From: Candidatus Fibrimonadales bacterium
GTDB lineage: Bacteria; Fibrobacterota; Fibrobacteria; Fibrobacterales; Fibrobacteraceae
Direction of reading: 5' to 3'
Assembly (NCBI GenBank): GCA_009788135.1
Contig: WQSA01000001.1
Span: 4,106-37,459 of the forward strand
DNA length: 33,354 bases
The position numbers and the translations under genes are program-made. Below the pieces are notes generated by a model. It was not told where the DNA came from and searched no databases. It worked only from the letters and a program-made list of their open reading frames with translations. Shown here piece after piece: positions 8,650 to 17,656 of the stretch; position 1 is the stretch's first letter, and every line of letters begins with the position of its first letter.

Positions 8650-9646
8650 TTATACGCCTCCTTATCATTTTTTTAATCCACTCTCGCAATTTAAACGGGC
8701 TTTCAAACCCCTTGCTCGCCAAAAATAAACAAATTTTCAAGTCTAATTTCCTTTCTGCCTTTATGACATTTGGTATAATCGATCCTATTTCATCCTTAAA
8801 TTGCGCTCTTATTTTCTTATCCAGACAAAAATAATCCCTAGCTGTATTCCGCGAATAAAAAGCATCTTTCACATTCTGAGGAATAACCCCTTTAAAAATA
8901 TATTCTAGAGTCTTTTTCATAGAAATCATAGCCATAATACCAAAAATCGGATCTGGGCTTGAATTAATTGAAGATGCTCCCGTAACCGTATTATGGGTAT
9001 AAAGACATTCTGAAACAAATGCCGCTGCTTTTGAATGATATGCAACCTGAAGCATTTGAACTGGATCTTCGCCAATAACTAAATGCATATCCAAAAAACA
9101 AACTTTGGCATAAATTTGCCTCTTTATCAGTTTATCCCACGTTGTAAAGGTCATTCCCAGCGAAGAACTTATCATTGTTGCTATATTTTCACATGCATCT
9201 GCACTCCATTTGCAATCAGTTACATAATAATCGCTTCTTTTATCTGTAACTTGACATCTGCACCACACAAAATCAGAATTTGTTTCTATAATCTTAGCAT
9301 GCATTTTTTCTAAAAACTTAGGATGATACGTATCATCATGATCTATATTTGCAATAAATTCTCCTTTTGAATTCTCCAAACCAGTTTTCCTAGCAAGCAG
9401 AGTTCCTTGGTTCTGTTTGTGAATGGCAATAAATCGCAAATCTTTTTTTGCATATTCGTCAATTATTTTTCCAGTACCATCAGTTGAACCGTCATTCACC
9501 AAAAGCGCTTCCCAATTCGTAAATGTCTGTGCAAGAATACTGTCAAGACATTCCCTAATATAAACTTCGTCATTATATATCGGGACAATTATTGAAATAA
9601 GCCCTTTTTGCATAGGATATTTAATTTGCGGAAGATCAAAAATCAT
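8642..9646 (-). CDS. glycosyltransferase family 2
   Basis: 334 aa with ISIIVPIYNDEVYIRECLDSILAQTFTNWEALLVNDGSTDGT and a downstream DHDD motif. Confidence 0.88.
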   Translation of the reverse strand: MIFDLPQIKYPMQKGLISIIVPIYNDEVYIRECLDSILAQTFTNWEALLVNDGSTDGTGKIIDEYAKKDLRFIAIHKQNQGTLLARKTGLENSKGEFIANIDHDDTYHPKFLEKMHAKIIETNSDFVWCRCQVTDKRSDYYVTDCKWSADACENIATMISSSLGMTFTTWDKLIKRQIYAKVCFLDMHLVIGEDPVQMLQVAYHSKAAAFVSECLYTHNTVTGASSINSSPDPIFGIMAMISMKKTLEYIFKGVIPQNVKDAFYSRNTARDYFCLDKKIRAQFKDEIGSIIPNVIKAERKLDLKICLFLASKGFESPFKLREWIKKMIRRRIND

Positions 9647-10623
9647 TTGTTTCTCCTACGCGAATAAAGTCTTGCATTTATCATTCTAGGCAAAGCAAAT
9701 ATCTTGTCTATCAGCTTGAACAAAAATTTATGTTTATATAATTTTCTAAGTAAACCGCCTATATTCGAGCGACAGATTTCATAGTCGTCCCCAACAGCTA
9801 TAAAGGCCGCTTTTCCAAAGAAACCTCGAGGCTGGGCAACCAAAAACAACTCATCTTCCGTTAAACATCCCATTTCTTTAAGTTTTAATGGCAAAGTACG
9901 AGAAAACGGCTCATATTCACTGTCATCGCTTGCGTAATAATGCATAATTTTTGCATTGTGCAGATAATTTGCTCCATTCCATACCTGAACATTCCATCTT
10001 CCATCCAATTCCTTTATTGGAAAATTTGATTGATAATTTGTCAACGCAAGAGAAGGTTGATCTATTCGCACTCCTCTTTGGCAACCGAGAAAATAATTCT
10101 CGCTCCATTTCTCAAAAAAAATCCTGTTACATTTTGTATCTCTTACAAATAACAATCCGCTATTAAAATAATAAGGATAATCGTAGAAATCGGCTTTATT
10201 CAGCATTCTTTTCAAAGGTACTATTACGCTGAATCTTCGGAAATTTAGCAAGTTTAATGTATGCCCGTCCAATACTGCGCCTAATTCAAAATTTATATCC
10301 CCAATTTCGCTTAAATCCTGGCAAACAACTGTATCGCTATCTATGTATAAAAAATCTCCTTCTATTCTATTTCGCATTGCTGTTTTCAGCATACGGCTTC
10401 GCTTAAAATTACTAACTTTGCTTTCGAAGTTTTCTATGATAACTTCATCTGCAATTTTTCTTATGTCGGCCTTTCTATTTTCAATGGAATCAATCGTTTC
10501 CTTGTCTGTAAACAAAGTTACAAAAGCATTGGGAGTATGCATTCTTAGAGATGTTATGCTTATAAAAGCTTGCTCATAATAAATATCCTTTACAGTACTT
10601 ATCAAACAATAAATATATTTCAT
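9643..10623 (-). CDS. GT8-like nucleotide-diphospho-sugar glycosyltransferase
   Basis: 326 aa with a DxD context (FLYIDSDTVV) and YFNSGLLFV, reminiscent of GT8 enzymes. Confidence 0.6.
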   Translation of the reverse strand: MKYIYCLISTVKDIYYEQAFISITSLRMHTPNAFVTLFTDKETIDSIENRKADIRKIADEVIIENFESKVSNFKRSRMLKTAMRNRIEGDFLYIDSDTVVCQDLSEIGDINFELGAVLDGHTLNLLNFRRFSVIVPLKRMLNKADFYDYPYYFNSGLLFVRDTKCNRIFFEKWSENYFLGCQRGVRIDQPSLALTNYQSNFPIKELDGRWNVQVWNGANYLHNAKIMHYYASDDSEYEPFSRTLPLKLKEMGCLTEDELFLVAQPRGFFGKAAFIAVGDDYEICRSNIGGLLRKLYKHKFLFKLIDKIFALPRMINARLYSRRRNK

Positions 10624-11798
10624 TTCATAACCTCTCTAAAAACATTTTCATATTTTTCAATCCATTTGCCAACATTCAAAAAAATTCCAACCGAGTCTCT
10701 TGCGTTAACGCTCATTTGCTCAAGCAACTCTGGTTTTTCATAAAGTTTTACAATGCATTCTCCCAATGAGTTTGGGCTTTCGGGAAAACAGAACAATCCA
10801 TTTGCATTTTTCTTTACAATTTCAGGCAACCCTCCCATTTTGGAAGCGATCACAGGCACGCCACTGGCAAGAGATTCAATAGCTACCAATCCAAAACTTT
10901 CGTGCCACAAACTAGGAACTGCCAACAAATGTATTTGAGAATAAAATTCAAAAGCATTCGCAAAACCGATAAATTTAATTCTATTATTGCCTTTCGCTAA
11001 ACCCTTCAAATATTCTACATACTGCGAATAACCTGAGCCTGCAATTGTCAATCTTGCATTTATTTTTAATCTTGCAAATTCCTTTATCAGCCATTCCACT
11101 CCCTTGTTTTGAGCGAGAGTGCCAATGAAACCGATTTTCAACTCACCTGTCCCATTCCAATTTTTATGTTCAGCCTTTGGAACATCCATGGTATTGTAAA
11201 TAACATAACCTGGAACATTGGCAAAATAGCCATGTTCTTTTGTCACATTCAATACAGATTCGCTAACGCCAATGACTGCACTGGCCTGCGATGTTTTTTT
11301 AACATGGCGCAAACGCATCAATTTGCAAATAAAACATTGTTTTTTGCAAATTTTGCCTTTTTTGAACATATTGGAATTCGGGCAAAGCACATATCGGTCA
11401 TGCAAAACCTGCGCAAATGGAATGTTCAAACTCTTCAACTCATCATATATGGAAATAGAAAATCCTACCATATTATGAACAAGAGCTATATCAGGTTTTT
11501 CTCTATTTACAATCTCTCTTATATATTTTTTCATAGAACTATTGTAAATATCCCGGAAATGCCATAACATCCGCAGAAATTTTCCTCGTCTTTTATTTGT
11601 TATGCTATAAAAATTTTCCATCTTAACTCTATGGACAGTCACATCATTTACAGTGTCTATGCAATTTTCCTCTGATGTTGCCAATACATTAACTCTATGA
11701 CCTCTTTTATGCAATGATTCCGCTAATTTTTGTGCGATTATTTCTGCACCGCCAGCTTTATCCGGAAAATATATATTGCTAATAACAAGAATATTCAT
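10620..11798 (-). CDS. glycosyltransferase, GT4
   Basis: 392 aa. MNILVISNIYFPDKAGGAEI at the N-terminus and VPSLWHESFGLVAIESLASGVPVIASKMGGLPEIV near the C-terminus. Confidence 0.88.
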   Translation of the reverse strand: MNILVISNIYFPDKAGGAEIIAQKLAESLHKRGHRVNVLATSEENCIDTVNDVTVHRVKMENFYSITNKRRGKFLRMLWHFRDIYNSSMKKYIREIVNREKPDIALVHNMVGFSISIYDELKSLNIPFAQVLHDRYVLCPNSNMFKKGKICKKQCFICKLMRLRHVKKTSQASAVIGVSESVLNVTKEHGYFANVPGYVIYNTMDVPKAEHKNWNGTGELKIGFIGTLAQNKGVEWLIKEFARLKINARLTIAGSGYSQYVEYLKGLAKGNNRIKFIGFANAFEFYSQIHLLAVPSLWHESFGLVAIESLASGVPVIASKMGGLPEIVKKNANGLFCFPESPNSLGECIVKLYEKPELLEQMSVNARDSVGIFLNVGKWIEKYENVFREVMK

Positions 11799-11799
11799 T

Positions 11800-13071
11800 T
11801 CACGCTGCTCCCGGCATATTGCGTGGTTTTGCCTGCCTTTTTAATGCCCATGCAAAGAACAATGCGAATCCGCTTGCCATTGAATACACATCTGTTATCG
11901 GCAACGTATATGAATAAAGGCTAAATGCAATTAACAACAAAATAAAAAGCATTGCTTCGCATCGTTTTTTATTTTCTATAAAAAGCTTTAATTGCCTCAA
12001 GCCGTTAAGCAAAATAAAACCCGTAAAACAAAAAAATCCAATTACGCCACTCGTTGCATAAATATTAGCATAAGTATTTTCTATTGGTATATCAACATGA
12101 ATTCTTTCTGCACCAATATAAAGTCTTTGATAGTAATTATAACTCCTGCCAAATAGAATTTCTGTCAATGGCAATTCTGCATCGACAACCAATTTTTTGT
12201 ATCCAATTCTCGAAGCCATTGCAGGATCTGATATCAAATCCCCAGTAATCACTGCGTTAATTTTACTATACATTAAAAGTGGATTTATTCCCATTTCTTG
12301 CAGTTTGTTAAAAGCGTAAATAATAACAATAATAACGCATATTAGACCGACAATGGAAAAACGCGCTCCAGCGACAAAATATTTACTATGCAAACGGGAT
12401 AAAAGCAAAAAAGCAATAGTAACAGCAACTATAATTACAATAGCCGTTGTAGCTATTCCCAAAAATATACTTGCAACGCATGCAAGCGTAAACAAATATT
12501 TCCCATTTCTAGATAGCCCAAAAGCCAATTGATATATAAAAACTATCAGTAGCGGAAAAAGCGTTATAGGAGCCTGCCCTAAACCAAATCTTCCGTTGTA
12601 AGCCATCAGTCCCTTATCGATTCCAATATCAGTATGGACTATTGGATTTGGAATATAAAATCCGATAATATTGACCAACAAAAGAGCTACACACATTTTC
12701 AAATAAATACGCACCGCATCATCAATGCTATAATTTGAAATTTTCGAAATATTACAAAAAATTAGCAAACAAAGAAAAAATTCCAAGCTTTTTATTGAAT
12801 AAATTATAGTCCGGCTATTTGAATCATAAGAAAACACGGTGTGATACAGGGTAAAAAGCAAGCAAAAAAAACAGGCATAAAAGAATGGACTCACATCGCG
12901 AATCTTGGGAAAAGATACCTTTACAAAAAACATGCTAAAAAGCAATGCAAAAACTGCAATTTCCTTTAAATATCCAAAAACCGCTGGCAAATAAGTATAA
13001 TTTCTAACACTATCGAACACAGCAAAAAATATTATGATAACAATGTAAATGCTTCCCAATGCTTTTAACAT
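11800..13071 (-). CDS. polytopic membrane protein, O-antigen polymerase/ligase (Wzy-like)
   Basis: 423 aa that is hydrophobic throughout, with roughly ten or more predicted TM segments. It sits inside a glycosyltransferase cluster. No sequence-specific motif was verified. Confidence 0.6.
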   Translation of the reverse strand: MLKALGSIYIVIIIFFAVFDSVRNYTYLPAVFGYLKEIAVFALLFSMFFVKVSFPKIRDVSPFFYACFFCLLFTLYHTVFSYDSNSRTIIYSIKSLEFFLCLLIFCNISKISNYSIDDAVRIYLKMCVALLLVNIIGFYIPNPIVHTDIGIDKGLMAYNGRFGLGQAPITLFPLLIVFIYQLAFGLSRNGKYLFTLACVASIFLGIATTAIVIIVAVTIAFLLLSRLHSKYFVAGARFSIVGLICVIIVIIYAFNKLQEMGINPLLMYSKINAVITGDLISDPAMASRIGYKKLVVDAELPLTEILFGRSYNYYQRLYIGAERIHVDIPIENTYANIYATSGVIGFFCFTGFILLNGLRQLKLFIENKKRCEAMLFILLLIAFSLYSYTLPITDVYSMASGFALFFAWALKRQAKPRNMPGAA

Positions 13072-14099
13072 ATCAACTTCCCCAGCAATTCTCCGCTCTC
13101 ATTCCAGCTATACCTTCCCAATACATTTTCTGCAGGTTCAACTTCTTCTGCCAAAACTCCTTCCAAATCTACATCGTAATTATTCGGTTCAACATAATGC
13201 GCTGAATTTCCATAAACCTCTCTCAACACGGGAATATTCGAAACGACTATCTCTGCACCAACCGCCAGAGCTTCCATAGGCGGCAAACCAAAACCCTCAT
13301 AAAAACTCGGAAACAAAAATGCCCTGCAATTCTGCATCAAAGTCTTTGCTTCCTCATCGCTAACATAACCCAAAAACTCAACATTCTCCAATTCGTTAAA
13401 ATCCATGTTCACGCCGAATCTAGTAGGATTAAAGCTACCCGCAATTTTAAATTTTTGCTTTGGATTTCTTTTTGCCACTTCCAAAACCCATTTGAAATTT
13501 TTGTTCTTAGCTATGCTGGACATTGCGAAAAAATAATTGTCTGAACTTCGATTTTCAGAATTCAAGGATTTGCTGAATTTTTGCGAAATGTGCTGCCAAC
13601 TATTGGAAATAACGGAAATTTTTTCAGGTTTTACCTTATAAAATTTTATTATCTCGCTTTTGGAAAATTCGCTAACAGTAATTATCTTCTTAGAAAATTT
13701 GCAAATAAACCAGTAATTTATTTTATGCCATATTCTGCTCAAAAATCCGTACCAGTTGCTGAAAAATTCAGGGTTTGCCTTGTAGCTAACATCATGAATA
13801 CAAGAAATTCCATTTGGTTTTAGCAGCGGCGTTATGTTGCACAGATTTATTGAGACAGCATTATACAACAGACTGTAAATGGCAAAACAAATCTGCTCCC
13901 ATAAAATTCCGTTGCCATTGCCATATTCAATAACTCTTATATTTTTCAAATCCAAATTTATCTCTGTTTTCTTCGGCTTCACAAGAACTATATTTAAATC
14001 AACTGAATTTTTATCCAAAGAACGAACTAATTCCTCTGCATAGCGATGGATTCCTGTACGTTTTTCGCTTAGGAATTTCCCATTAATAGCAAACTTCAT
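13065..14099 (-). CDS. glycosyltransferase, GT4
   Basis: 344 aa with LFPSFYEGFGLPPMEALAVGAEIVVSNIPVLREVYG. Confidence 0.88.
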   Translation of the reverse strand: MKFAINGKFLSEKRTGIHRYAEELVRSLDKNSVDLNIVLVKPKKTEINLDLKNIRVIEYGNGNGILWEQICFAIYSLLYNAVSINLCNITPLLKPNGISCIHDVSYKANPEFFSNWYGFLSRIWHKINYWFICKFSKKIITVSEFSKSEIIKFYKVKPEKISVISNSWQHISQKFSKSLNSENRSSDNYFFAMSSIAKNKNFKWVLEVAKRNPKQKFKIAGSFNPTRFGVNMDFNELENVEFLGYVSDEEAKTLMQNCRAFLFPSFYEGFGLPPMEALAVGAEIVVSNIPVLREVYGNSAHYVEPNNYDVDLEGVLAEEVEPAENVLGRYSWNESGELLGKLIC

Positions 14100-14839
14100 T
14101 AAGTCTTTTCTCCATTAAAAAAAAGACTCTGCAAACGAACAGCTTTAAGATATTCTAAAAATTGCCCATTATACTCTGCATTTTTTTTAATCAGAAAAAA
14201 TATGGAAAAAGCCATATTAGGAAAAATTGTTGCCAACGGGCGGGCTATGAATTTAGGAAAGGGATAAAAATTCGAACCGTAAAACTTTTCCACAGTCAAA
14301 AAATCATACCCGATGTAATTATAAAACTTAATCGTATCTTTTTTAGAAAATAGTCTTACATGAGGTCCAAGTAACTTATGTTGAGTCGGATGATATCCCA
14401 ATAATCCGAGTATTCTATTATGCAAGCTCAACACATTTGGAGTGCCTAAAAATAAATATCCTCCATTTTTTAGCGAACGAAAAATTTCGCTATTTATCCA
14501 GTAAATTTCTTTGCAATGTTCCATAACTTGATTAGCTACTATAAAATCAATAGAATTATTCTCAAATGGAAACCTTTCTTTTTCTATATCAAAATCAACA
14601 ACTTCAATACCTTCGTTTTCCAATTCAACCGCATTCCTTCTGTCAAAATCAACCCCTATTAATTTTTTGCAACCAGAAGCTTCTTTTATAATTTTTAGGT
14701 CACTGCCTTTTCCACAGCCCAAATCAACAACAGTTTCAATCTTAACCATTTTGGCTATTTTTCTCAATATATATCGCCCATAGGATTCGTTATGATCCAC
14801 AATGGTCAATCTGCTCGATCCATAATTTACTTTACGCAC
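14099..14839 (-). CDS. class I SAM-dependent methyltransferase
   Basis: 246 aa with VVDLGCGKGSDL and DFIVANQVMEHC. There is a 1-nt TAATG overlap with the downstream gene. Confidence 0.8.
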   Translation of the reverse strand: MRKVNYGSSRLTIVDHNESYGRYILRKIAKMVKIETVVDLGCGKGSDLKIIKEASGCKKLIGVDFDRRNAVELENEGIEVVDFDIEKERFPFENNSIDFIVANQVMEHCKEIYWINSEIFRSLKNGGYLFLGTPNVLSLHNRILGLLGYHPTQHKLLGPHVRLFSKKDTIKFYNYIGYDFLTVEKFYGSNFYPFPKFIARPLATIFPNMAFSIFFLIKKNAEYNGQFLEYLKAVRLQSLFFNGEKT

Positions 14840-15912
14840 ATTGCCTCCACAAACTCCCTAATCTTCTCTTTAAATACGCTCTCATCAAACTTCAACGCAT
14901 GTTTCCTGATTTTTTGCTTATCAAACTTCATTCCCTCAAATTTTTCAATCGCTCCTTTTAAACTCTCAACAGTTTGCTCACCAAACAAAATTCCAGTCTC
15001 GCCGTCAACAACCGTATCCAATGCCCCGCCCTTGCCAAATGCTATCACAGGTCTTCCGCAACTCATTGCCTCAACAGGAACAATGCCAAAATCTTCCTCG
15101 CCTGGAAAAAGCAATGCTCTGCATTCGGATATGCATTTTTTTACATCGTAATCGCTCGCGTTTTCCATAAATTGAACTGTTTCTCCTGCAAGTTTTTTCA
15201 AATTTTTGGCTTCCTGACCTTTGCCAATCACAATTAATTTTTTTTTTAGCTCATTGCAAGCTTTCACTGCCAAGTCAATTCTTTTATACTCCACCAAACG
15301 GCTTACTGCCAGATAATAATCACCGTCCGTTTCGCTAGGCAAAAGTTGAGAACAGCGCACAGGCGGATAAATAACCGTACTTTCTCTGCGGTAAATTTTT
15401 TTTACACGTTCCTGGACAACTCTGGAATTTACTATAAAATAATCAACCCTTTGAGCCGCCAAATAATCCCACATTCTCATATAATGACACAAAATGGAGT
15501 ATATGGTATTTTTGATTTTACCGAAATTGATAGTGTAATCTCTCTGATATTCCCAAAAATACCTTGTGCTCGTGTGACAATAGCATATATGCTTGGTATT
15601 TGCTCCCGTAATTATACCTTTTCCACCAAATACGGTAGAAGTTAAAACAACATCAAAGCCGCTAAAATCAAAACTCTCGAACGCAAACGGGTACAGAGGA
15701 AAAAAATTTCTGTGGTTTTTGCGAAGAAATTTGGGGAATTTTTGCAAAAATGAAGTTTTTATACTTTTATCCTTGAAATATTCATACAACTGGTCGTGAT
15801 CGACTAACGATGCGTATAGCGATGCATCAACAAAAATTTCCGCAATGGCTTGGAATACACGCTCAGCACCGCCCATATCAGTTAATCTGTCATGAACCAG
15901 AGCAATTTTCAC
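14827..15912 (-). CDS. glycosyltransferase, GT4
   Basis: I prefer GTG 15910-15912 as the start (VKIALVHDRLTDMGGAERV). GGGAGGGAG lies 5 nt upstream and the start forms a GTGA overlap with the upstream stop. The track ORF extends to 15945. The C-terminal motif is LLFPGEEDFGIVPVEAMSCGRPVIA. Confidence 0.85.
   Translation of the reverse strand: MKIALVHDRLTDMGGAERVFQAIAEIFVDASLYASLVDHDQLYEYFKDKSIKTSFLQKFPKFLRKNHRNFFPLYPFAFESFDFSGFDVVLTSTVFGGKGIITGANTKHICYCHTSTRYFWEYQRDYTINFGKIKNTIYSILCHYMRMWDYLAAQRVDYFIVNSRVVQERVKKIYRRESTVIYPPVRCSQLLPSETDGDYYLAVSRLVEYKRIDLAVKACNELKKKLIVIGKGQEAKNLKKLAGETVQFMENASDYDVKKCISECRALLFPGEEDFGIVPVEAMSCGRPVIAFGKGGALDTVVDGETGILFGEQTVESLKGAIEKFEGMKFDKQKIRKHALKFDESVFKEKIREFVEAMCVK
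15238..15247 (-). repeat. A10 homopolymer (T10 on the plus strand) inside the GT4 gene, encoding KKK
   Basis: Counted directly: ...caattaa tttttttttt agc... Confidence 0.95.
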
Positions 15913-16856
15913 GCCAACTCCCTCCCCTCGCAATCTTTGAACCAATCCGCAAAAGCCTCATACAAGGGAAACTGCAAAGGATAATCCCTGCTCAACTTTT
16001 CCCCGATCACATTCGTGGAAATCATAAGTTTGCGAACCCGTTCAGGGCAAATGCCAAGCCCCAAGCCGCCAAACATGCCGGCGACAGATGCAACAGCCAT
16101 AAGAGGCATTTTGGGAATGTAAGGAGTAAAGCGGTCCAAATTCGTTGCTTTCTTCATAGTTGCGGCAATATGCTCAATGGTCGGCGCTGGGAAATAAGTG
16201 CAGTTGTAAGTTTGCATGCGTTCTCTGGGATTTTCAGCCATCTCAAGCAGAATACGAACCAAGTCTTTAACATAAATACTAGCTTTTATAGTATCCTTGC
16301 GGCCTGCATAAGCAAATCTTCGCTTTTTCATGGCTTTGTAAAGCCTTGTCATATTCCCGTTCTCGCCTTTTCCAAAAACAATGCCTGGACGGACTATACT
16401 CAAAAAATTATCCGCAGAGCTTGCTGCCCACTCTTTGTGAATATGTTCCGCCACCAGTTTTGAGATTCCGTAAGGGGTATTCGGAGTTGGCAAGGTTTCC
16501 TCTGTTTTTTTTTCTTCGCTTGCCCCATAAGGGGAAATGCTGGATGTGAAAACTATGGTTTTGATGCCGTGTTTTTTTGCAAAAGCGCAGACATTTTCAG
16601 CTCCTAGCATATTGGTTTCAAAATATTCGTCGTCTGGATGTCCCGGCGTCCTGTGAACTGCGGCAAGGTTGAATATAACGGTATTTTCGCCAAAATTCCC
16701 TTCTATATCAAAAGATTTGCGAATATCTATTGAAGGAGTAGCTTTTATATCTATTTTGCTTATATTCTCAATGCCCTTTTCCGCCAAAACACGGCAAAGA
16801 TGCGTACCTATAAAACCACTTGAACCAATAACTATGGCAGAATTGAAGATTCTCAC
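15909..16856 (-). CDS. NAD-dependent epimerase/dehydratase (extended SDR)
   Basis: I prefer GTG 16854-16856 as the start, forming a GTGA overlap with the upstream stop. The track ORF starts at TTG 16892. Motifs: VIGSSGFIGTHL and YGISK (YxxxK). Confidence 0.85.
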   Translation of the reverse strand: MRIFNSAIVIGSSGFIGTHLCRVLAEKGIENISKIDIKATPSIDIRKSFDIEGNFGENTVIFNLAAVHRTPGHPDDEYFETNMLGAENVCAFAKKHGIKTIVFTSSISPYGASEEKKTEETLPTPNTPYGISKLVAEHIHKEWAASSADNFLSIVRPGIVFGKGENGNMTRLYKAMKKRRFAYAGRKDTIKASIYVKDLVRILLEMAENPRERMQTYNCTYFPAPTIEHIAATMKKATNLDRFTPYIPKMPLMAVASVAGMFGGLGLGICPERVRKLMISTNVIGEKLSRDYPLQFPLYEAFADWFKDCEGRELA

Positions 16857-17653
16857 CTCAACAGCCCCCCATACAAATTCACAACCTCGCAAAGCAAACT
16901 GAGCCGCATTCTCTGCCGCACTTTCTCCAAGCTTGCTCCCTGCAAAATCAAGTTTGCTCCAAAAGAATAACGCAGCAAATTGAAAGTCAAACCAGAACTA
17001 ACGCTCTGAAGCTCGCGCGTTCTCTGAGAAGCGTGCTTGGGAATATCCAGGAATAGAAATCTCTCGTCGTTACCTAGGGGGGAGGAGGATGGGGATATGA
17101 ATTGCAGCAATAAACGCAATTCCTCGTCTATTTCAACGAATGCAGGCGCATTGCCACGTTGAGGCAAACCCTCAACTCTCAATTCTCCGCTATCAACCAA
17201 CACTAATTGCCGCGCCTTAAGGTTTGCCGCCTCGCTCTGACGCAACCCTGCCAATGCGCAACACGCCCAAAATGCACGTGTTTCATCGTCCGGGGCTTTT
17301 CGCAAAACTTCACGGATTTGACGCTGAGATAAATGCTTCCCGCCAGCTTGCGGCGAAGATGGAGGAGAACGTTTTTTGCTAAATGGATTCGCTCCTTTCC
17401 ATGCCCCTTTCTCAATGCCAAATTCCCAAAATTTTTTAGCCAGCCGTACAAGCTCCCTCGCCGAATTCTGCGAACGAGTTTTGCATATATTGTCCAGCCA
17501 CTCGTCCACGCTCTCTTCTTTAAAACGAGCCTCGGCTAGAGGCTCCAAGTGAACAAGACGGGCATTGTATGCCAAAACAGAGCTCTCCGCGGCTACAGAA
17601 GCCAGCATTCGCTCCCTAAAACGGGAATAAAGCATTTGAGCATTAAATGGCAT
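16853..17653 (-). CDS. tyrosine recombinase/integrase-fold protein with degenerate catalytic residues
   Basis: Start set at ATG 17651-17653 (MPFNAQMLYSRF). XerC/D-like blocks: SVLAYNARL, LSQRQIREVLRKAP, ALAGLRQSEAANL (box I Arg), LTFNLLRYSFGANLILQGASL (box II Arg kept, both His positions substituted), VVNLYGG (candidate Tyr). Alignment is by eye against XerD recalled from memory. Confidence 0.6.
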   Translation of the reverse strand: MPFNAQMLYSRFRERMLASVAAESSVLAYNARLVHLEPLAEARFKEESVDEWLDNICKTRSQNSARELVRLAKKFWEFGIEKGAWKGANPFSKKRSPPSSPQAGGKHLSQRQIREVLRKAPDDETRAFWACCALAGLRQSEAANLKARQLVLVDSGELRVEGLPQRGNAPAFVEIDEELRLLLQFISPSSSPLGNDERFLFLDIPKHASQRTRELQSVSSGLTFNLLRYSFGANLILQGASLEKVRQRMRLSLLCEVVNLYGGLLR

Positions 17654-17656
17654 TGA

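Noticed and set aside
11800-13071. Calling the 423-aa membrane protein a Wzx flippase
   Set aside because: I could identify no MATE/Wzx-like pattern. Its size, topology and context fit a Wzy/O-antigen-ligase-like protein better. The assignment stays tentative.
15810-16463. 217-aa plus-strand ORF. The same applies to 32475-33170 (231 aa), 21176-21667 (163 aa), 7742-8146 (134 aa) and the other plus-strand track ORFs.
   Set aside because: All lie antisense to minus-strand genes with clear family motifs. Their translations are low-complexity or Arg/Ser/Leu/Cys-skewed shadow sequences without SDs or recognisable motifs. They are typical antisense open frames.
16853-17653. Recombinase-like gene as evidence of an integrated mobile element or prophage
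   Set aside because: No other mobile-element genes, direct-repeat att pair or tRNA target appear in the window. The gene is translationally coupled to biosynthetic genes. I treat it as a resident, possibly domesticated gene.
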